From: Acholeplasmataceae bacterium
Lineage (GTDB): Bacteria; Bacillota_I; Bacilli_A; Acholeplasmatales; Acholeplasmataceae
DNA length: 40,642 bases
NCBI GenBank assembly: GCA_035447465.1
Contig: DAOTHC010000001.1
Location: 1 to 40,642, forward strand
Reading direction: 5' to 3'
Shown: one piece after another, positions 20,052 to 27,970 of the stretch
How the letters are laid out: each line of letters opens with the position of its first letter
How positions within the stretch are numbered: the stretch's first letter is position 1
Position numbers and translations under genes: made by a program
Notes under the pieces: generated by a model
What the model saw: the letters and a program-made list of their open reading frames with translations, nothing else
Told to the model about the DNA's origin: nothing
Database searches by the model: none

Positions 20052-21536
20052 TTATTTTTGAAATCCAGCATAAAGCAAGCTTAAATGCTTACCAATATGG
20101 TTATATAACATATCAGAATATGTTTGTTTTTCTAATTGCCATAACTTAAATAGTTCATCTTTAAATACATAGTTACCTTGTGTGTCCTTATGGTTTAGTA
20201 TAAAGCCATATGTAATATGAATCAATTGTCTTGCATCATTTTGATGGAAAAGATCTTGTAATTCTTCATCCTTCAAATCCTTTAAATCAGGAATGCGTGT
20301 TAAATCGGTTGTAACATGATAGAACTTCTTAGCTTCATCAAACATTGATAAAGCATAAGCATGTATTTCACGATAAAGTGATGGGTTTTTAACAGCTACG
20401 ACACGCATCGCTTCAAGCCAGTTCGTTCCTGCTGTTTTAACATGGAAATGACCTTTCGTGTATTTTCCAACTAAACTGAAGATTGAAAACTTGTCTGAAC
20501 CTGAATGGATACTTAATTTATAATTGAATGCGCGTGCAATCGCACTGTGCACTTTAAGTTCTTCTTCAAATTGCTTGATATCTCCAACATAATCAACACC
20601 TTTTTGGAATTCACCACAAAAGCGTGGAGCCATCGTATCTAGTTTAACACCTTTTAGTGTTAATTCATTTGCAACAAAATAGTGCTGTGTGGGTGTTGTT
20701 GGTGTCGCTGTTTCATCGATTGAAATTTCAAAATTGGCTTTTGCTTTCTTTTCAACGAAATACGTTTGATACATCTCAGCAGCAAATTCAATCGCTTTGC
20801 CATAAACAAGAACACAACGCTTTAATTCTTCTTCATTAAATTCGATGTTATAACCTTCCACATCAAAGGCATTTTTTAAGTAACGATCTTTTAAGGTTTC
20901 ATCAAGTGTCACAGCTTGATTAACTTCTTCTTTAGACATTGCTGTGACATCATTTCTAATGTGTTCACTGCAGTCTAACGTAATCATGGTGAAACCTAAT
21001 GAGAGTGCATATTCGATCTCAGATGGTTTTTTTAAGTGATCACCATCTGCACCAAATCCTTTTTTAAAACCTGCACGGAATACAGCAAATGTTGCAGCAT
21101 CCAACACATCTTCATAGGTGCGGTTAGTTAAGTTGAGTTCTCTAATTGATTGTTGTGCAAAAATAGGATAGGCATCATATTCATTGAACACTCTGATATG
21201 ACCAGGTGTTGCAATTCCTAAACGATCGCCTAAACCAAAACTTCTTTCCTTGTGTAACACAGGAATAGGTTTTGTAAATGGGAAAAGTTCTCTTAAGACT
21301 GAACCATTCGTAAAGTTGAGCGGTCCTACTTTATAGCTTACACCGTCTTCATGAACATCTGAGCCATCAAAAAGATGACTGAGTGGTCCATAGATGACAA
21401 GTGAATCAGCGGGTTTGGTTTCTATCATGAAAACATAGGTGCCATCCTTTTCATTGATAGATTCTACATAAACGTTTGATGCTTTTTCATCAACACGTGG
21501 TAAAGCTTTTACTACATCACTTAATTTCATCGTCAT
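20052..21536 (-). CDS. uxaE: Tagaturonate/fructuronate epimerase
   Basis: 'SFGLGDRLG', 'FAQQSIREL..TNR', 'GADGDHLK', 'EISIDET', 'GEFQKGVDY', 'HSGSDKF', 'HVKTAGTNWLEA', 'RQLIHITYG'. Start at ATG 21536 or 21530 after AAGGGAG. Confidence 0.93.
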   Translation of the reverse strand: MTMKLSDVVKALPRVDEKASNVYVESINEKDGTYVFMIETKPADSLVIYGPLSHLFDGSDVHEDGVSYKVGPLNFTNGSVLRELFPFTKPIPVLHKERSFGLGDRLGIATPGHIRVFNEYDAYPIFAQQSIRELNLTNRTYEDVLDAATFAVFRAGFKKGFGADGDHLKKPSEIEYALSLGFTMITLDCSEHIRNDVTAMSKEEVNQAVTLDETLKDRYLKNAFDVEGYNIEFNEEELKRCVLVYGKAIEFAAEMYQTYFVEKKAKANFEISIDETATPTTPTQHYFVANELTLKGVKLDTMAPRFCGEFQKGVDYVGDIKQFEEELKVHSAIARAFNYKLSIHSGSDKFSIFSLVGKYTKGHFHVKTAGTNWLEAMRVVAVKNPSLYREIHAYALSMFDEAKKFYHVTTDLTRIPDLKDLKDEELQDLFHQNDARQLIHITYGFILNHKDTQGNYVFKDELFKLWQLEKQTYSDMLYNHIGKHLSLLYAGFQK

Positions 21537-21631
21537 TATACTCCCTTGATTGTATTCATTTTTATACGCACGAAAAAGACAGATCTCATCTATATCCATC
21601 TTGTTCAATATGTTCTCAAACAGTCCGCATA

Positions 21632-21648
21632 TATAGACGCCGTCTATA
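21632..21648. promoter_or_regulatory. Candidate repressor operator of the uronate operon
   Basis: Perfect palindrome TATAGACG-C-CGTCTATA just downstream of the predicted transcription start. Confidence 0.55.
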
Positions 21649-21666
21649 ATTAACACTTACAATTAC

Positions 21667-21695
21667 ATTGTATCACGGTCATATGCTCGTGTCAA
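21667..21695 (-). promoter_or_regulatory. Sigma-A promoter of the uxaE operon
   Basis: TTGACA-17 nt-TACAAT with an extended TG on the minus strand. Confidence 0.8.
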
Positions 21696-21713
21696 CGTCT
21701 ACTCCCAAATCAT

Positions 21714-22256
21714 TTATAAAAGTGATGTGATTTGGTGGTGTTTCATATGGTTGATGTGAACAACCCGATAGTGAGGTGTGTAGTGTAACTGATAAGTTTT
21801 GCTATGATGCACTGCTGGATAGTCTTGATCAATGTACCCTTTTAAATGTGATAAGACTTCTTTCTCATTAAATGCCATTTGGTTGTGATTAATGAGTTTT
21901 AATAATGCATGGCAATAAATGTTAAATTGAATGATGGCTTGATTACGATCGATAGGGTCTAGCATGCTTTGATAGAAAGCTTGTGCTAATTCTTCACGTG
22001 TGATCTCACCTTTTATGATAGCAATAAGATCGATACGAATATATTCCTGTCCAATCTTAATAACTGATGGTTTTTCATCGTTATCGTTAACTTGGGATAG
22101 TTCTTCATCCAGATACTTCATGATGAAATCTATCGAAGGTTGTTTACTAAAATGTGCTGGACCAAAGGATGCTTGATGAAATAGCTTAAACATATCCTGG
22201 ATTTCCATCACGGGATACTGCTTGATATGCATCATTATGAGATCTGTTTCAATCAC
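21714..22256 (-). CDS. Hypothetical protein (His-rich motifs)
   Basis: 180 aa, GTG start after AAGGAG; motifs 'YP.MEIQD..KL.HQ..FGPAH' and 'YPAVHHS..Y...Y.PHYRVV'. Confidence 0.75.
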   Translation of the reverse strand: MIETDLIMMHIKQYPVMEIQDMFKLFHQASFGPAHFSKQPSIDFIMKYLDEELSQVNDNDEKPSVIKIGQEYIRIDLIAIIKGEITREELAQAFYQSMLDPIDRNQAIIQFNIYCHALLKLINHNQMAFNEKEVLSHLKGYIDQDYPAVHHSKTYQLHYTPHYRVVHINHMKHHQITSLL

Positions 22257-22306
22257 GATGAATCACTCCTTACTATGTTTACATTATACAACAAGAATGC
22301 ATTGAG

Positions 22307-22337
22307 GACAGGACATCTAGATTTTTCATGTCCTGTC
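22307..22337. promoter_or_regulatory. 10-bp inverted repeat between divergent promoters (candidate regulator site)
   Basis: GACAGGACAT-N11-ATGTCCTGTC flanked on each side by an outward-facing TGTATAAT. Confidence 0.45.
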
Positions 22338-22389
22338 AGTATCGTGATGATGTATAATAAAGACACATAAACGAAACAGAGGTACTCTT

Positions 22390-23811
22390 ATGCCTTACAT
22401 CATTCTTGGAATATTTGTAGCCTTTCTATGTTTTCTAATCATCAGAACTTTTCTATTTAAACCTTCAAAAATATCTTATCAAAAGGTTAGTCATGAAATT
22501 GATGAAAAGCGTTCTTTTGAATCTTTATCAAATCTGATTCAATGTCAAACCGTATCATATGAGGATACATCACGCATCTCTGAAGATGCATTTCAAAGCT
22601 TAAGAAATCTCATTTTTGAACGTTATCCAAACATCATAAAAATGAGTTCTTTTTCTATGCATGAAAAAGGTATGCTCTTTAAGATCAAAGGTACTGATGA
22701 CTTAGATCCTGTCATACTCATGAGTCATTATGATGTTGTACCCGTGACTGATGATTGGGATGATGATCCTTTTTCAGGAAAAATCAGTGACACACATATC
22801 TATGGCAGAGGTGCTCTTGATACCAAACATAGTTTAAATGCGATACTTGAATCTGTTGAAATGATGTTAACACAAGGACATACATTCAAACATGATCTTT
22901 ATCTTTCCTTTGGTGGTGATGAAGAAACATATGGTACATCGCAGATTGCTATTGTTGAACACCTTAAAAAAGAAGGTGTTACACCTTATTTTGTACTTGA
23001 TGAAGGTGGTGCGATCGTATCTGATATTTTCCCTGGTGTTAAAGAAAAAACAGCGGTGATTGGCATCGCTGAAAAAGGATTTCTTAATATCAAGTTAACT
23101 GCAAAAAGCCAAGGTGGACATGCATCAACACCACCTAAACATACACCAATTTCAATTCTATCTAACGCAGTGCATAAATTAAATCGTCATCCATTCCCCT
23201 TAAAACTTACAAAACCTGTACGATTACTCTTTGATAGTGTTGCCCCATATTCGAAATCTAAAGTTATCCGTTTTCTATTTGCAAACATCTTCTTATTTCT
23301 TCCGCTCATCAAACAGATTGCAAAACTATCTGGTGGCCAGTTCAAAGCATTATTCCAAACCTCACAAGCATTTACTATGATGAAAGGATCAGATGCGATC
23401 AACGTCTTGCCCTCAGAAGCTAGTGTATCTATCAATTACCGCATGATTCCAGGTGAGACATCAAATGATATCATCACACGTATCAAGAACATCGTCAAAG
23501 ATGATCGTATCAATATCAGCATCCATGAAGTCACGGAAGCTTCTACCATCTCTAAAGTTGATGATCGTTATACCCTTGTTGAAAATGCCATTCATCAAAC
23601 ATGGCCAGATGTGATTGTATCACCTTACTTGATGATTGCTACATCAGATTCAAGAAGATATCATCAAATATCTTCACATGTTTATAAATTTTCACCAATG
23701 GATGTCACAGATGATGATCTTGCTAAAATCCATGGCCTCAACGAAGACATTTCTAAAGAGAATGTGATTCAAGGTATTCATTTTTATCTAAATCTACTTT
23801 CAAAAATATAA
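22390..23811 (+). CDS. Membrane-anchored M20 metallopeptidase/aminoacylase (CPS1/PM20D1-like)
   Basis: N-terminal TM; SHYDVVP, GRGALDTK, DEE, DEGG, GGHAS, IHGLNE. Confidence 0.9.
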   Translation: MPYIILGIFVAFLCFLIIRTFLFKPSKISYQKVSHEIDEKRSFESLSNLIQCQTVSYEDTSRISEDAFQSLRNLIFERYPNIIKMSSFSMHEKGMLFKIKGTDDLDPVILMSHYDVVPVTDDWDDDPFSGKISDTHIYGRGALDTKHSLNAILESVEMMLTQGHTFKHDLYLSFGGDEETYGTSQIAIVEHLKKEGVTPYFVLDEGGAIVSDIFPGVKEKTAVIGIAEKGFLNIKLTAKSQGGHASTPPKHTPISILSNAVHKLNRHPFPLKLTKPVRLLFDSVAPYSKSKVIRFLFANIFLFLPLIKQIAKLSGGQFKALFQTSQAFTMMKGSDAINVLPSEASVSINYRMIPGETSNDIITRIKNIVKDDRINISIHEVTEASTISKVDDRYTLVENAIHQTWPDVIVSPYLMIATSDSRRYHQISSHVYKFSPMDVTDDDLAKIHGLNEDISKENVIQGIHFYLNLLSKI

Positions 23812-23832
23812 AAGGGACGAAAAGTCCCTTTT
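23810..23832. terminator. Bidirectional terminator
   Basis: AAAAGGGAC-GAAAA-GTCCCTTTT between convergent genes. Confidence 0.85.
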
Positions 23833-25274
23833 TAATATCCTATCCAAACAGCTAAGACTAAGAAGATAATGGTTAAGATCAGTGTAGCAATTTGTAATTT
23901 ATACGTATACTTAAACCATTTGGTATAAGATACGCTTGCGATTGATAAACCAATTAACAAAACACCATTGGTTGGGAAAATGACATTCGTATACCCATCA
24001 CCAAAGATAAAGGCTAAGATTGCAATCTCTCTTGTCATACCTAAAAGGTCAACTAAAGGAATTAATAACGGCATGATCAGAAATGCTTTAGCCGATGCAG
24101 AACCGATGAAAAACTGAATAACCAAAACTAAAACATAGATTAATAAGATTGCTACTATCGATCCTTGATCTCTTAATAACTCAGATAAATGATAAAGGAT
24201 GGTATCCATGATTTCAGCAGATACGATGACATGCTTCACAGAAACAGCTAATACGATCAGGATGAATGCTGGAGCTACGCCTAGCATGCCTTTATAAAAC
24301 ATCTTGAATGTTTCTTTAAGGTTTGTTGTTACTAGATAACCACCAAGAAGACCACCAATTAAAAAGATAGCTGCCATCACAGGAATTGCTGGAATCGATA
24401 CTTCAAATAAGATCTCAAGTAATCCAACAGATAGTATAGCAATTAATAACACGATAAACAGTGTTGTATATATTTTAAATGTTTTTCCTTCGTCCTTGAA
24501 TACCATACTTTGGTTAAGATCAAAATCTTTTACCTTCTTTTGATCAATGTCATACGTCGGTGATAATTCAGGATGTTTTTCTATTTTTTTTGCATGTCTA
24601 ACAACAAAGAATTGTAACACAGCATAGACAATAACAAAGATAACTAATCGGTAAAGAACACCAGAAAGGATATTGGTATTAGCTAAGCTCGATGCGATAC
24701 CAATCGAAAATGGATTGGTGATTGCAGTAGCAAATCCAAAACCAGCAGCAAGCAAGCTCATAGCCATACCTGTTAGTGTATCCCAACCCAATGAGAGTGA
24801 TAACAAAATCAAGATAGGCATCAACGCGACTGACTCTTCAAAAATACCAAAGAAGGCACCAAAGATCATGAAAATCAGTAAAACAAGACGTAATAACTGA
24901 TATTTGTGATCTTTAAATCTGATGATTAACCTTTTGATCATAATCCGGATGCCTCCGGTTTGATCCATGACAGAGAATGTCCCACCCAAAATGATTAAGA
25001 ATAAACCAATCATAATGACTGAAATAGCATCAGATGTTCCAAACACTTCAAATGGTGCAAGAAACCATCGCCAAATCGGATAACTGACATTTGATAACGG
25101 TTGATAGGTTTGATCAATAATCGTTCCAAAAGCATCTCTTTGATAAGAACCTGCAGGTATAATCAGTGTCATAATACCCGCTAAGACGATTAATCCCAAT
25201 AAAATATATAAGACATTTAAAAAGGCTTTCTTACTAATCTTTAAAATGTGACTTTCTTCATGCATGATGACCAT
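23832..25274 (-). CDS. YfcC family (DcuC-like/basic amino acid antiporter-like) transporter
   Basis: About 12 TM; 'IIPAGSYQR', 'GIFEE', 'TNPFSIGIA', 'SASAKA', 'FGDGYTN..FPT'. Start uncertain (25301, 25274 or 25265). Confidence 0.85.
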   Translation of the reverse strand: MVIMHEESHILKISKKAFLNVLYILLGLIVLAGIMTLIIPAGSYQRDAFGTIIDQTYQPLSNVSYPIWRWFLAPFEVFGTSDAISVIMIGLFLIILGGTFSVMDQTGGIRIMIKRLIIRFKDHKYQLLRLVLLIFMIFGAFFGIFEESVALMPILILLSLSLGWDTLTGMAMSLLAAGFGFATAITNPFSIGIASSLANTNILSGVLYRLVIFVIVYAVLQFFVVRHAKKIEKHPELSPTYDIDQKKVKDFDLNQSMVFKDEGKTFKIYTTLFIVLLIAILSVGLLEILFEVSIPAIPVMAAIFLIGGLLGGYLVTTNLKETFKMFYKGMLGVAPAFILIVLAVSVKHVIVSAEIMDTILYHLSELLRDQGSIVAILLIYVLVLVIQFFIGSASAKAFLIMPLLIPLVDLLGMTREIAILAFIFGDGYTNVIFPTNGVLLIGLSIASVSYTKWFKYTYKLQIATLILTIIFLVLAVWIGY

Positions 25275-25329
25275 TAAGCTTTCGCTTGCTCCTTTACACA
25301 TGATGGATGAACTTTTTTGATTGTCTCTT

Positions 25330-26478
25330 CTATCTTACATCAAATAGACTCTTTTCATGAAGATATTCTGCAACATGAACAAATTTTGTCGGTAAAAATG
25401 GATTCTTCATCTCAAACTGATAGATCTGATTATGTTGATAGATTTGTATATTTCTACCAATATCAGAAGGTAGTGTTGGAATGTCTTTCACATGAAAATG
25501 TAATTCCTGAGCTATTCCATCAATTGTACCTTGATATGTGTACTTCTCACGATCTAATGTGAGCTCTCCATAACCAACAGTGATCAATTTGCCTTTTCTA
25601 AATGATTGAAGTTCGACAGATGAGCTAATCTTATATTCTTCCATTTGATCAATGATCTTTCTTAATCTTGTTTCCTGTTCTTTAAACCAAAGGTCAACAC
25701 CTTTTTGTTCAAGTAGCCCAGAATGATACGTTAAGGTCATTCCACATGATGGGCAAACCAATTGTTGATTTTTAGAAACAAGTCCTTCCTTAAGACATGA
25801 TGGACATTCGTAAATCACATGTTCTAATCCTTCAATGGATTGATCTTTGTAGATATGATGTGAGTTATTTAAATAGGTTGACGGTTCAAAGTATAAAGCA
25901 TCATAAACCTTGTTATAGATATCATCTAACGAAAGTTTTTGAAGTTCATCAGGAGTACATAAATGATGATAACTTGTTTTAATTAAACCAGGGTACGTCT
26001 TTTTATTCCATGGTGGATTAACAATACCTGCTCCTTCATGTTTAACGATATAGACATCAACAGCAGCTTTCTTTAAAAATTTTGCAATTGAAAAAGATGG
26101 CTTTAATGTTTTACCAGATGGTGATATTTGACCTTCAGGGAAAACAGAAACAATACCATTCTTTTTTAAGACACGAAATGCCTTGAGGGATGCTACAGGA
26201 TCTGCCTGCATTAAACTCTTTGGAACTGCTCTAGCTAGTTTTAAGAAATATTTGGTTTGTGTTTCATAAAACATTTTGCTTGCAGCTAAATACGTCACGC
26301 GTTTCGGATAAAGAGCTGCAGTTGTATAAATAAAATCATAAAATGAAGTGTGATTGGATAAAACAATAGCTGGACCTTTTATGTTAAGGCGATTCTTAAA
26401 TCGCTGTCCTTTTATGATTGCAAACACTTTGAGTAATCCTGCTAAAGGGATATATAGGAAAGGATTTGACCTTTTCAT
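25330..26478 (-). CDS. Lysophospholipid (1-acylglycerol-3-phosphate) acyltransferase family protein with a C-terminal Cys4 zinc ribbon and extra domain
   Basis: NHTSFYD (HX4D), FPEG, two CPSC motifs; ATGA overlap with the upstream MFS stop. Confidence 0.88.
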   Translation of the reverse strand: MKRSNPFLYIPLAGLLKVFAIIKGQRFKNRLNIKGPAIVLSNHTSFYDFIYTTAALYPKRVTYLAASKMFYETQTKYFLKLARAVPKSLMQADPVASLKAFRVLKKNGIVSVFPEGQISPSGKTLKPSFSIAKFLKKAAVDVYIVKHEGAGIVNPPWNKKTYPGLIKTSYHHLCTPDELQKLSLDDIYNKVYDALYFEPSTYLNNSHHIYKDQSIEGLEHVIYECPSCLKEGLVSKNQQLVCPSCGMTLTYHSGLLEQKGVDLWFKEQETRLRKIIDQMEEYKISSSVELQSFRKGKLITVGYGELTLDREKYTYQGTIDGIAQELHFHVKDIPTLPSDIGRNIQIYQHNQIYQFEMKNPFLPTKFVHVAEYLHEKSLFDVR

Positions 26479-27886
26479 GATGATAACTCATCTAATAATG
26501 CTTGGTAATCACCATCTTCATGTTCAATAGCTTTTGCAAGCTCTTTTTGTCTTGAAGCGTTAATCTTATATTTAAAGGAAATCAACATCCCAATACTCAT
26601 AAAAATCAACGGTGCAATCACCATGATCAATCTAATCATGAGCGTAGCTGAATCAGGTTGACTCAAGATTTGTGGTGCCCCAGGTTCTCTTTCAGTAAAC
26701 CCTGCTACACCAATTAAAAACATCACAATCGCTAATCCAACGGCTTGAGCAATCTTGTTGATAAAATTGGTAAACCCACTCATTTGACCATCTAAACGCT
26801 CTTTAAACATCAACTGCCCAGCATCTACAACATCACCATACATCGTATGTGGAACAAGTCCAGGTCCTGAGATACCAAAGCCCATGACAGCACCTAATGC
26901 ATAAACAGCGATTGGATTTGCATTGGCTGGGATGATTAAAATAAAGAGTGCAGAAATGATCCATAATAAAGCACCAAAACGATAAGCGAAAGTCTTCCCC
27001 TTCTTTTCAATCATTTTAATGTAAATTGGTAAAGCTACAATTTGCATCGAAAACATTAATGCAGCTGCAATCAATCCAACCATGCTAGATTCACCTTGTG
27101 CCGTTACATCTTTAACAACGTGATAATCGATATAAAAGAAGAAAAGACCACTCATGATCGCCATCGACATTTGAAGAATTAAAACATGCCTAAATATTGA
27201 CGGAATGGCACGAGTTTTAAAGGTTTTGTTAAACTTTTAAAAGACATTTTAGTTTCAACAGGAGGAGTGATAATTTCTTCACGTGCAAATAAACCTGTCA
27301 TTAAGACAGATAATGCAAACAAAAGACCGAATGATAAACTCATCACTTGATAACCGGTTGCATCCGATTCAAATAAATCAACGATGATACCAGGTACTGC
27401 AACACATAAAATGGAAGCAAATATGCTAAAACCTAATCGATATGAGTTATAAACAGCACGTTCTTGATAGTCTGATGTAATCTCACTTGATAATGAATAA
27501 TAAGGAATCATCACTGATGTTTGTACGGTAGTAAAAACTAAATATGATAACAAAACTGCGATCACGCGAAGTGCTGTTTCAGAAAATGCATATGGAAAAA
27601 ATAAAAAATACATAGAAATAAATACAAAGGGTGATGCGAAAATCATATAGATTCTTCTTTTACCCCATTTGGATGACGTTCGATCGGATAAATGTCCCAT
27701 AAGTGGATCTGTAAATGCATCCCATAAACGAGCCACAAGCATGACAACACCAATCCAATAAGGTGATATCCCTACAGTTAATGCTAAGAATCCAGGATAT
27801 AAAAAGTTAATAATGTTAAATGATCCTCCACCGAATATATCAGCGGATGCAAAAGCTAGTTTGCGTTTGAGCGGTTGATGTGCCAT
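26475..27886 (-). pseudogene. GPH (MelB/UidB-type) MFS symporter split by a 1-nt frameshift near 27181
   Basis: N-half has 'ARLWDAFTDPLMGHLSDRT.SKWGKRR'; C-half has 'DVVD...RLDG'. Adding one T to ATG-TTT-TAA gives ...YLGMF-LILQ-MSMAI... in frame. Confidence 0.8.
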
Positions 27887-27946
27887 CTTTTTCTCCCTTA
27901 TATAACATATATAAGTTCATTATACGATAAAGAGAAGAAAAGTATG

Positions 27947-27970
27947 AAAAAAAACGGCCCACAGGACCGT
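27947..27970 (-). terminator. Terminator after ohr and the SDR epimerase
   Basis: ACGG...CCGT GC stem preceded on the plus strand by A8. Confidence 0.6.

Noticed and set aside
21537-21656. 40-aa extension of uxaE from GTG 21656
   Set aside because: No RBS, and it covers the operator/leader; AAGGGAG precedes ATG 21536/21530
7800-25982. Short ORFs 7800-7982, 14990-15364, 17474-17671, 18365-18583, 18980-19192, 19163-19378, 20657-20839, 23187-23435, 24673-24900, 25317-25562, 25797-25982
   Set aside because: Antisense or alternate-frame shadows of well-supported genes, with no recognisable motifs
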